56,031 bases of DNA, taken from positions 1 through 56,031 of the forward strand of contig JABIGQ010000039.1 of NCBI GenBank assembly GCA_018650085.1. Reading direction: 5' to 3'. Below, piece by piece: positions 29,290 through 36,851 of this stretch; the first letter of the stretch is position 1; each line of letters starts with the position of its first letter. This DNA is from Candidatus Magasanikiibacteriota bacterium. Lineage in GTDB: Bacteria > Patescibacteriota > Patescibacteriia > Magasanikbacterales > UBA922. Below the pieces are notes generated by a model. That model saw nothing but the letters and a program-made list of their open reading frames with translations. It made no database searches and was not told the DNA's origin. Made by a program: the position numbers and the translations under genes.

Positions 29290-30547
29290 AAAATATATAT
29301 TTATTATTGGTGTACTATGTAGTATTTTACTCATAACACCAGTATTTGTTTTTGCTCATCATACATATGATGGACAGTTAGGAGTAGGGGGGAATCAAGA
29401 TGAAATAAATATCTTAAATAAAAAAATTGCAGATAAACAAGCAAAAGTAAAAGAAATAGAAAAAAGTATATCCGCATATAAAACAAAGATCAATCAAAAA
29501 CGGCTAGAAGCAGTATCATTATCAAATCAAATGAGTATTTTGGATAATCGTATTGTTCAAGTAGAGTTAGATATAGAGGCGACAGAATATAAAATGGATA
29601 CATTACAATTAGAAATTGAAGCACTTGATCTGCAAGTAGGAAAAAAAGAGACAGTCATGTTTAGACAAAAAAAGATTATAGGTGATCTTTTACGAACAAT
29701 CCAACAAAATGATGAAAAAAAGTATATTGAAATTGCTGCATCATATGAAAACTTTTCTGAATTTTATAATCAAGTCCAATATATAGAAACGCTAGAGGAA
29801 GGTTTAGGGGATAGTATACGAACACTTCGCTTGGTAAAAGAAGAATTAGAAGAAGCACAAGAACAAAAACAAGAGAGAAAAGACACATATGAAGATATGC
29901 ATAATGACCTTGTGTATAAAAGAGAAGAATTAGATCAACAAATTTTTGTAAAAGAAGATTTACTTGTACAAACACATGCCTCAGAGTTAACATTTAAAAC
30001 ATTGCTTGGAAGTTTGAAAAAAGAATATCAACAAGTAGAGAATGAAATATCTGGAATAGAAAATGAAGTTAGGCGTAAATTAGAAGCACAAAATAAATTT
30101 AAAAATGTAGAAAGTGTTGAACAATCTAAACTATCCTGGCCTTCAGATTGTAGATATGTCACTGCATATTTTCATGATAAAGATTACCCATTTAGACATA
30201 TCTTTGAACACAATGCTATTGATCTTGCTATAGCACACGGAACACCCTTGAAAGCCGCAGCCTCTGGTTATGTCGCAAGAGCGCGTCACTGTAGTACAGC
30301 TAAATGTTATAGTTATGTCATGGTGGTACACAGTGGTGGGATATCCACAGTATATGGCCATATGAGCAATATCATAGTAACAGAAGATCAATACGTTACT
30401 CGTGGTGACGTTATAGGCTACTCTGGTGGACGTCCTGGGACAAATGGAGCAGGTCCGTTTACAACTGGTGCTCATCTACATATGGAAGTACGAAAAAATG
30501 GAATACCAGTAAACCCATTAAACTACTTAGTAAAAGACTGGGACTAA
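29276..30547 (+). CDS. M23 peptidase with N-terminal coiled coil (EnvC-like murein hydrolase activator/endopeptidase)
   Basis: 423 aa. Signal peptide, about 250 aa of heptad-rich sequence, then HNAIDLA...VYGHMS...GAHLHMEVRKNGIPVNP (HxxxD / HxH LytM motifs). Confidence 0.8.
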   Translation: MLKNKKYIFIIGVLCSILLITPVFVFAHHTYDGQLGVGGNQDEINILNKKIADKQAKVKEIEKSISAYKTKINQKRLEAVSLSNQMSILDNRIVQVELDIEATEYKMDTLQLEIEALDLQVGKKETVMFRQKKIIGDLLRTIQQNDEKKYIEIAASYENFSEFYNQVQYIETLEEGLGDSIRTLRLVKEELEEAQEQKQERKDTYEDMHNDLVYKREELDQQIFVKEDLLVQTHASELTFKTLLGSLKKEYQQVENEISGIENEVRRKLEAQNKFKNVESVEQSKLSWPSDCRYVTAYFHDKDYPFRHIFEHNAIDLAIAHGTPLKAAASGYVARARHCSTAKCYSYVMVVHSGGISTVYGHMSNIIVTEDQYVTRGDVIGYSGGRPGTNGAGPFTTGAHLHMEVRKNGIPVNPLNYLVKDWD

Positions 30548-30668
30548 ACTATTGCCCCCAAATTAGGAATATGGTATGATGTATAGACAATAGACCTGTT
30601 ACGTAATAAACCTCTGCGCTTATTACTCAACAAGTCTAAGATTATTTAATTATTATAGATATAATATT

Positions 30669-31406
30669 ATGGAAGAAAAAAAAGGATTTAACCAAATGCT
30701 CAACCAACTAACACCTGTACAAACATTTGCTCTTGGACTAACTCAAGGATTGCTTGTCCTGTGTACTATTGGTTTTTTCATGTTATTGGTAGGAGGAATT
30801 TCTATAAATAGTGAAACTGTAATGGCCGAAGGAACGCCTACTATTGTAAATCCAACTCCTACAGCAGCAGCTGGACAAGTAGCCCCAAGAGTAGTAGATG
30901 CAAAAGTGGACCATATTCTTGGAAATAAAGATGCAAAAGTAACTATTATAGAATATACAGATATTGATTGTCCATATTGTAAACGTTTTCAAACCACAAT
31001 GAATGAAGTTGTAGAGAAATATGGTGATAAAGTGCGTGTGGTACTTCGTCAATTCCCATTGGATGGTTTACACCCAAATGCACGAACAAAAGCACTTGCA
31101 ACAGAATGTGCAGGAGCACAAGGAAAATTCTGGGAATTCATAGATATATTATTTGATAGAGGAACAGATGTTTCTAGGCTTGCTGCAGTAGCAGGGGAGT
31201 TACGTTTAAATGTAAATACATTTAATAGTTGTCTAGCAGATAAAAGCTTTGCCTCAAAGGTACAAGCAGATGAAAGTGACGCCCAAAAAACGGGTGGTCA
31301 AGGGACTCCACATAGTTTGATTGTAGGGCCAAATGGGGAAGTGCAAGTAATAAAAGGAGCACAGCCATTGGAACAAATTGAACAAATGCTACTTCCATTG
31401 CTCTAA
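30669..31406 (+). CDS. membrane-anchored DsbA-like thiol:disulfide oxidoreductase
   Basis: 245 aa. A TM anchor, then a thioredoxin fold with the CxxC motif (DIDCPYCKRF) and GTPHSLIV (cis-Pro region). Confidence 0.75.
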   Translation: MEEKKGFNQMLNQLTPVQTFALGLTQGLLVLCTIGFFMLLVGGISINSETVMAEGTPTIVNPTPTAAAGQVAPRVVDAKVDHILGNKDAKVTIIEYTDIDCPYCKRFQTTMNEVVEKYGDKVRVVLRQFPLDGLHPNARTKALATECAGAQGKFWEFIDILFDRGTDVSRLAAVAGELRLNVNTFNSCLADKSFASKVQADESDAQKTGGQGTPHSLIVGPNGEVQVIKGAQPLEQIEQMLLPLL

Positions 31407-31430
31407 GAGTAATAACAAGATAAATCAAAA

Positions 31431-31458
31431 ATCCTACGACATGTCGTAGGATTTTTTT
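31431..31458 (+). terminator. intrinsic terminator of the dsbA-like gene
   Basis: Perfect palindrome ATCCTACGACATGTCGTAGGAT followed by TTTTTT, 25 nt after the stop codon. Confidence 0.75.
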
Positions 31459-32003
31459 ATATAACATATAAATAAGAAAAGCTTAGTGTCGCACAATGTA
31501 GAAAAGGGGAGCCTATTTATATAGCAGGGAAGTAGTGGTAGTGTTTTCTTATCTATTTTAATAACTTGCTACACTTGAACTTTTAATTAAATGAGCTGCT
31601 CCCAAACATAGCATGAAATATAATCTAAGAAAATATTTTTTATTAATTATTACTATTTATAAATGTAGATTTAATTTTTTTATATAAAAGATGAACCCTA
31701 GTACCTCTAGTTTTGAAGCGCTATTTCGTGGTGTCGCAAAACATAGTTTTCTTTGCTAAAACTAGCGAAATTTAGGACATGAGGTATGTGGCAAATAACA
31801 TGATTTAATCTATGGAAAATAAGATTATTTTTACTTATAAAACATAGTTTAAATATATAGATCTATTGCCTCATAGAACTGCACAGTAGCCCTTTACAGG
31901 CTGTATTGTAGGTTTGCTTGATTGTAATAACAACTATATTATTAGGGGTTATGTCGCATAAGATACATTGTGCGACATATGTATATTCTTATAAAAATCC
32001 TTT

Positions 32004-32048
32004 GGAGGTATGATAGATGAAACAACGTGTCTTATCTATCATACCTCC
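32004..32048. other. perfect 15-bp stem / 15-nt loop hairpin
   Basis: GGAGGTATGATAGAT-gaaacaacgtgtctt-ATCTATCATACCTCC. U-rich sequence follows on both strands. The left arm contains GGAGG and the ATG of the small + strand ORF. Confidence 0.8.
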
Positions 32049-32175
32049 TCTCCTCTTTAGTGTTTGTGTTACCTTAGTATATGCAGAGAGTGTATACCCG
32101 ACATGCGGCATATATACTCAGGAGGAAACAACTTGTCAAGAATATCTTCATCGAAGTTTCCATTTACCCTCCTAA
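32017..32175 (+). CDS. candidate small secreted peptide (52 aa) - uncertain
   Basis: My own reading, below the track size cutoff. GGAGG lies 8 nt before the ATG. The product is MKQRVLSIIPPLLFSVCVTLVYA|ESVYPTCGIYTQEETTCQEYLHRSFHLPS: a textbook n/h/c signal peptide and a 29-aa two-Cys tail. Against it: the RBS and start sit inside a perfect 15-bp hairpin, and the ORF overlaps an antisense small ORF. Confidence 0.3.
   Translation: MKQRVLSIIPPLLFSVCVTLVYAESVYPTCGIYTQEETTCQEYLHRSFHLPS
32074..32163 (-). CDS. candidate 29-aa hydrophobic Cys-rich peptide - speculative
   Basis: METSMKIFLTSCFLLSIYAACRVYTLCIY. The ATG lies 4 nt after the AGGAGG that ends repeat copy 1 when read on the minus strand. 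The 15-bp hairpin follows 26 nt after the stop. Confidence 0.2.
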   Translation of the reverse strand: METSMKIFLTSCFLLSIYAACRVYTLCIY

Positions 32176-32227
32176 GACAAAGGTAATGGGGCAAGCAAGT
32201 CTACTTGCCCAGTTTTAGGTTAATCCC
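32168..32227. repeat. structured direct repeat, copy 1 (60 nt)
   Basis: cctcctaagacaaaggtaatggggcaagcaagtctacttgcccagttttaggttaatccc. It has an outer helix CCTAAGAC/GTTTTAGG and an inner helix GGGCAAG/CTTGCCC. Confidence 0.85.
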
Positions 32228-32269
32228 CCTCCAGCACGCCGGCTCTTACGAGTGGCTGTAACTGGAGGG
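32227..32269. other. GC-rich hairpin
   Basis: CCCTCCAG-N27-CTGGAGGG, with an inner imperfect GCCGGCTC-ttac-GAGTGGC helix. Confidence 0.7.
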
Positions 32270-32281
32270 AGGAAAGAAATT

Positions 32282-32536
32282 CTATTCTAAGATTTTTACC
32301 AACACTTTGGCTAATCCAATTGCTAACCCTATACAGATCAGCCCTAATGCAATACACAAACCACAACCCGAAGAATCACAAGTAGTGTATGTAGCCTTAG
32401 GCGGAGGAGACTGGCAGCCCCCCCATTTTTGTACTTGTTGGATAGGAATTGGAGGAAGAGCTCCCATTTTGGCGGCAGCCTCCCTTTTTAAATTTTTTTC
32501 TCTTCCACGCTTTCTTCTCGTCTGCCTTGTGGCCAC
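32282..32536 (-). CDS. candidate 84-aa tail-anchored Cys-rich membrane protein - uncertain
   Basis: This is track ORF 32282..32569 trimmed to the GTG at 32536, which lies 6 nt after AGGAGG. Product: (M)ATRQTRRKRGREKNLKREAAAKMGALPPIPIQQ...CDSSGCGLCIALGLICIGLAIGLAKVLVKILE. It has a basic N-terminus and one C-terminal TM helix. An equally long antisense ORF exists, so coding status is unproven. Confidence 0.3.
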   Translation of the reverse strand: MATRQTRRKRGREKNLKREAAAKMGALPPIPIQQVQKWGGCQSPPPKATYTTCDSSGCGLCIALGLICIGLAIGLAKVLVKILE

Positions 32537-32542
32537 GTCCTT

Positions 32543-32598
32543 CCTCCTAAGACAAAAGTAATGGGGCAAGTCTACTTACCCAGTTTTAGGTTAATCCC
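32543..32598. repeat. structured direct repeat, copy 2 (56 nt)
   Basis: cctcctaagacaaaagtaatggggcaagtctacttacccagttttaggttaatccc. It differs from copy 1 by two substitutions and a 4-nt deletion in the hairpin loop. Confidence 0.85.
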
Positions 32599-32636
32599 TA
32601 TTAAGATTAACAGCAAAAAAGTCCTTTTTTTTGTCT

Positions 32637-32664
32637 AAAAAAATAATAGCATAAATATGCTATT
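32637..32664 (-). terminator. intrinsic terminator of ftsQ-like gene (possibly bidirectional)
   Basis: On the minus strand: AATAGCAT-attt-ATGCTATT followed by A-TTTTTTT, about 25 nt after the ftsQ stop. Confidence 0.55.
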
Positions 32665-32689
32665 TTGTCTAGGGAAGTGCTAAATTCTC

Positions 32690-33622
32690 CTACTTCCAAT
32701 AAACTCTATCTCCAAACCGCAAATCAATATACCCCACACTTGAACGATCTATTTTTTCTTCCAATAAATACTGCAGTGTATCAAACTGTCTCGTAATATC
32801 TTTTGTTAGATATATATCAATATGCCATCCCTCACGAGTATAGATACGCCCCTCCCCTATCTCACCATCAATTTCAATATACCTAAACGGTATATCTGTT
32901 CTTTCTTTTATTTGAGTAAACCAAGTAATTGCACCAAAAACTATCTCTGTTTGTAAGATTTCTGTATGCTCCTTGTGCTCCTCATTTCGTGTATCATAAA
33001 TAATAGGATAATCTCCCATTTCTGCTACAATTGCTTGTGTTTTTATAATATGTTTTTTTTCAATAATTCTTTCTTCTTCTACTTCTTTTTCCTCTCCATC
33101 TTCTGTCATGATAGTACTTGTCACTATTTCTTTTTTTATATCCCATTCATCATCACCAACAGTTCTTACCACCTCTACCAAATATCCAGATACATCTAAA
33201 TACCCATATTGATGACCATCATCATAAATAACAGTAGACAATTTTTCTGTAACCTCTACATGAATGGTATCTGGGAATTCTTTTTCTACACGAATACCAT
33301 CTATAGCCAAGCGTTCTAGTAAAATATCTTTTATTTCATCTACATTTACCAGAAAATAACTTTTCTTTGGGAATACAAATAATGTTTTATAATCAATAAT
33401 ACCATCCACCATATTTGCTACCTCTGTGGCATTTAATCTTTCTGTCCCAGAAACAGTAATATCTGAAACATGAAAAAAAGGATGATACAATCCCATCCCA
33501 GTCATAGTAAGAACACAAAGAGTCCCTAAAGTAATATAGAGTTGATTTTTCCAGCTTTTTATTTCTAACTTATATGGATTGCGCTGGTGTCTTTGTTTTG
33601 CAAGATCTCGTTTATTGCGCAT
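32690..33622 (-). CDS. ftsQ: cell division protein FtsQ/DivIB (POTRA domain)
   Basis: 310 aa. Basic N-terminus, one TM helix, then FHVSDITVSGTERLNATEVANMV... (POTRA). It lies at the end of a wall-synthesis gene string. Confidence 0.7.
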   Translation of the reverse strand: MRNKRDLAKQRHQRNPYKLEIKSWKNQLYITLGTLCVLTMTGMGLYHPFFHVSDITVSGTERLNATEVANMVDGIIDYKTLFVFPKKSYFLVNVDEIKDILLERLAIDGIRVEKEFPDTIHVEVTEKLSTVIYDDGHQYGYLDVSGYLVEVVRTVGDDEWDIKKEIVTSTIMTEDGEEKEVEEERIIEKKHIIKTQAIVAEMGDYPIIYDTRNEEHKEHTEILQTEIVFGAITWFTQIKERTDIPFRYIEIDGEIGEGRIYTREGWHIDIYLTKDITRQFDTLQYLLEEKIDRSSVGYIDLRFGDRVYWK

Positions 33623-33630
33623 GAAATTAA

Positions 33631-34647
33631 TTAAAAACCACGTTTAATACGACGAATTGTTTCTATAGCCCAAGTAATCCAGTATCTACATGATATAGGT
33701 AAATCCTGACAAGGAGTAAGTTCTTTTTCCTCTCCACCAAATCCTTTTTTAAAATGAGTAATCCCAAAGAATGGATGCTTTTTATCTGCGCCCTTTGGTG
33801 CTATACCCCAGAAATTATAATAACGAACCCCACGTTTTTTCCCCTCATTTAACGCTGCCCATTGCAAGGCATATGATGACGGATGCTTCTTGTCTAGCAT
33901 CAATGACGCTCCATGTCTATAAGAAGCCATATGCTTATAATAATACACCACAGCCGCCGCATCTAGCCGTCCATCTGGAAGATAGGCATGAAATACTACA
34001 GCTTGTTTCTCTTTTGAAAATGCTTCAAATTCTTTTTCTACATAACTATCAGAAAATCGCACAAAATGATGCCGTTTTGCAGTTTCATCATGTAAAACAT
34101 TAAACTGTTCCAATGCTTTTTTATCTGTAAATGATTTTATAATCACACCATCACGCTCACATCTTCTAATCAAATTTCTATGATTTTTATTCATAGCCTT
34201 TAGCAAATCTTCTGCTTGTGGACTAAGATCTAGTAGCCATGTGGTTTCTGCAAGCATATGAATAGGTGCATGTCTAAACCCATATTTCTCATATGTTTTT
34301 TCTACAGACTCATCTTCAAATGGACTAACACGAATAAAATGATATCCTTCTTTTTTTCCTTTTTTCTTTAAGTAATCAAATAATACACTATGCGCTTCGT
34401 CCGGCATTTCTCCTATAGGCCCATATGGCAAGAACAAAAAATTCCCACGCTTTGCATGAACACTCACCAGCATAGCCCCACCAATAAGTGTATCTTTATC
34501 ATATACCCCCAGCACCCACGCTTCTTCCCCTTGTGATTTATAAAAATCACCATATTCCCACGCCTGAGTCATAAGTGTATATGTTTGGGTTTCCAAAAAA
34601 TCATCCCAAGTTTCTTTTTTTGTTATTAATTTTACTTCAAAAGACAT
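33631..34647 (-). CDS. FemAB-family peptidoglycan interpeptide aminoacyltransferase
   Basis: 338 aa. QAWEYGDF..., ...ASYRHGAS..., YYNFWGIAP, and FKKGFGGEE at the C-terminus are typical FemX/FemAB features. Confidence 0.8.
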   Translation of the reverse strand: MSFEVKLITKKETWDDFLETQTYTLMTQAWEYGDFYKSQGEEAWVLGVYDKDTLIGGAMLVSVHAKRGNFLFLPYGPIGEMPDEAHSVLFDYLKKKGKKEGYHFIRVSPFEDESVEKTYEKYGFRHAPIHMLAETTWLLDLSPQAEDLLKAMNKNHRNLIRRCERDGVIIKSFTDKKALEQFNVLHDETAKRHHFVRFSDSYVEKEFEAFSKEKQAVVFHAYLPDGRLDAAAVVYYYKHMASYRHGASLMLDKKHPSSYALQWAALNEGKKRGVRYYNFWGIAPKGADKKHPFFGITHFKKGFGGEEKELTPCQDLPISCRYWITWAIETIRRIKRGF

Positions 34648-34656
34648 AATATAAAT

Positions 34657-35637
34657 TTACTGCCCAGCAATGCGCACACCACGCATGCGTTGATATATAG
34701 AAAATAATGTGTAATATGTTTTATCAAATATAATGTCCACTGCATCTGGATGTGAATATAGATGCCCACCAAATCCCGCTTTAAACCGTGCCACCCCAGA
34801 TAATGGATGAGTCCTATCCCAGCAATACTCATGATGGCATAGTGTATTCTCCTTTCCCTTCTCTCCTGTGGGAGCTGTCCCCCAGAGATCATAGGTCTCT
34901 AAGCCTCTTTCCATTGCCCAGGCGATAATATGTTCATGTAGGGCATATGGAGCCATGACAGAGCGTTTCTCGTCAGATGAAGCCCCTATAAGGTAATACA
35001 GCGTATCTTTATATTCTAATGTTATAGCAGTAGCGAGTATATCATTGTCATGTATAGCGTTAAATTGATACACATGTGGCAACTCTAATACTTCTTTTAG
35101 ATATGTATCAGAAATACTCGTATATTGTTGGCGTTTTGTGGTCAATGCATTTAATGTTGCAAATGTTTGATAATCATTTTTTTGTTCTATCTCTACTCTT
35201 TTTTTCTTTGCGAGACGAATATTATATCTTGTTTTTCTGTGCATGTTTGCATATAAATCATCCATTGAACCCTCCAAAGGAAGTATCCACGTATACTGCG
35301 GCTGTCGGTTTATTGTCTTTCTGGTATTGTATGCAGATAAATCAAGATCTGCCAGTGATTCCAAACGAACAAATGCAAATCCTTCTTTTTTTAAATCATC
35401 TAACACCCCGTCAATATGTGATGCAGGAATATCTGCATGTGGAATATATGTCGTTTTTTTTCCCAATGGAAGTCCTGTATTAATTTGTTGTATATCTATG
35501 GTTTCATTATCAAGTGTGTAACTTTTTCGTTTTATATCTCTTCCAATAGATGCCAAAAAATCACCATACTCCCACGTTTGAAGAAAACTTTTTTTTTCTC
35601 CCCATTCAGATTGTGTCTTACCGAGAACGATTTTCAT
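34657..35637 (-). CDS. FemAB-family peptidoglycan interpeptide aminoacyltransferase (second paralog)
   Basis: 326 aa. FLQTWEYGDF, YYLIGASS, TYDLWGTAP, FKAGFGG. Confidence 0.8.
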   Translation of the reverse strand: MKIVLGKTQSEWGEKKSFLQTWEYGDFLASIGRDIKRKSYTLDNETIDIQQINTGLPLGKKTTYIPHADIPASHIDGVLDDLKKEGFAFVRLESLADLDLSAYNTRKTINRQPQYTWILPLEGSMDDLYANMHRKTRYNIRLAKKKRVEIEQKNDYQTFATLNALTTKRQQYTSISDTYLKEVLELPHVYQFNAIHDNDILATAITLEYKDTLYYLIGASSDEKRSVMAPYALHEHIIAWAMERGLETYDLWGTAPTGEKGKENTLCHHEYCWDRTHPLSGVARFKAGFGGHLYSHPDAVDIIFDKTYYTLFSIYQRMRGVRIAGQ

Positions 35638-36850
35638 AACTCTTTACACAATTGATAATAGTCTCCGCTTCTTTTTTCCCAATATTTCTATTTGTAGGTA
35701 AATTCATGGATCTAGCTGCATAAGATTCTGCATGAGGACACATGCCTTTTTCATATCCAGTAATTGGAGCTTCTTTATATGCAGGAGCAATGGGCGCATT
35801 ATACCAGTTCCCTAGTAAGATCCCATGTTTTTTTGCATACGCAAGTAAGCTCTTTGGGTCTGAAACAAAGAGTGTATAACGTAAAAAAATGTTTTCAGGA
35901 TGATTATGTGGAGTTTCTATATCTGGCAGTGCTTTTTTATATTGTTTTGCAATTGTTTGTCTGTGTACATTTCTTGCATCTAAATCATCTAATTGCCCAA
36001 GTAAAATATGTGCCAATGCATTTGGTAATGTAGCCGGATATGCAGAAATCTGTGCACCACATTTTTCTTGTTTGTAAATAATTTTCCCTGTAAGATGCAG
36101 TTTATTTGAGGCCACAAGTAATATCTTCCCAAAAGATGAATACCCACGTTTTCCTATTTGAAAAAGTGGAATATTATAAAGATATTGAGAAACTTTTAAT
36201 AAAGAAGTCTGTGGAAGCTCCCCGTGTAATGCTTTTATTTTTTTTGCAATTTCTGCGTTATTTGTAATAAGCGCACCACCACGCACACAAGAAATTACTT
36301 TATCTGTCCCAAAACTAAACATGCCAATATCTGCAAAAGTTCCTAATTTTTTACCCTTATACTCCCCTCCTATAGCATGTGCAGTGTCTTCAATAGTACT
36401 AATATTTTTTTCTTTTGCCAAGGCAACAATTTCTTCCACTTTTGCGGGGTTCCCAAAGGTGTGTTGGATAATAATAGCTTTTGTATTTTTTGTAATCTTC
36501 TTTTTTAAATCCGCTGTATTCATGTTTAAATCCTCTAATACATCTACATATACAGGAGTTGCGCCAGTCCATCTAATAGCATTGGAGACAACCATACAGG
36601 TATATCCTTGTACTATTACTTCATCACCTTTTTTTATATCTAATACTTCAATCGCTTTTTGTAATGCAGTTCTTCCACTATCAAATGTAATAGCAGTGCT
36701 TACTTGAAAGTATGTTTGTAACTTTTCTTCTACTTCTGCAATATGTTTTCCTTTACGAATAGAAAACCACTTCCACGGAAGTAGTAAATATGACAATGCT
36801 ATACGCACGTCACTTGATCTTGTATTTGGTAAAAATCCAGTAAATATCAT
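35618..36850 (-). CDS. DegT/DnrJ/EryC1/StrS-family PLP-dependent sugar aminotransferase
   Basis: 410 aa. ...TFDSGRTALQ..., IIQHTFGNP, GMFSFGTDKVIS (the Lys of the PLP site), NLPT. Confidence 0.85.
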   Translation of the reverse strand: MIFTGFLPNTRSSDVRIALSYLLLPWKWFSIRKGKHIAEVEEKLQTYFQVSTAITFDSGRTALQKAIEVLDIKKGDEVIVQGYTCMVVSNAIRWTGATPVYVDVLEDLNMNTADLKKKITKNTKAIIIQHTFGNPAKVEEIVALAKEKNISTIEDTAHAIGGEYKGKKLGTFADIGMFSFGTDKVISCVRGGALITNNAEIAKKIKALHGELPQTSLLKVSQYLYNIPLFQIGKRGYSSFGKILLVASNKLHLTGKIIYKQEKCGAQISAYPATLPNALAHILLGQLDDLDARNVHRQTIAKQYKKALPDIETPHNHPENIFLRYTLFVSDPKSLLAYAKKHGILLGNWYNAPIAPAYKEAPITGYEKGMCPHAESYAARSMNLPTNRNIGKKEAETIINCVKSYENRSR

Positions 36851-36851
36851 A

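Noticed and set aside
32262-32282. GGAGGGAGGAAAG resembles the RNase P RNA CR-I box (GGAGGGGAGGAAAGUCC), and CCGGCTCTTAC at 32239..32249 resembles the CGGCUUA of P4. I considered rnpB.
   Set aside because: The invariant GUCC after GAGGAAAG is replaced by AAAUUC. The CGGCU-like word lies upstream rather than about 300 nt downstream. I could not build P1-P4. The minus strand has GUAAGAGC but no GAGGAAAGUCC. An Infernal scan is needed to be certain.
32307-32561. 84-aa + strand track ORF (MANPIANPIQISPN...) in the GC-rich segment.
   Set aside because: It has a TTG start with no upstream RBS-like sequence and a low-complexity, un-protein-like composition. It is the mirror of the minus-strand ORF, as expected for a locally GC-rich stretch. 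The 11 extra N-terminal codons of the 95-aa minus-strand ORF (TTG at 32569, inside the repeat hairpin) were trimmed for the same reason.
31459-32689. Looked for tmRNA (GGGG...UUCGAC 5' end, tRNA-like ...UCCACCA 3' end), SRP RNA (GGAAGCAGCC-type domain IV), a CRISPR array or a tracrRNA-like element in the gap.
   Set aside because: No tRNA-like acceptor or T-arm, and no SRP domain IV consensus. The repeats are only two long copies or 7-14 nt boxes at irregular spacing. No cas genes are in the window.
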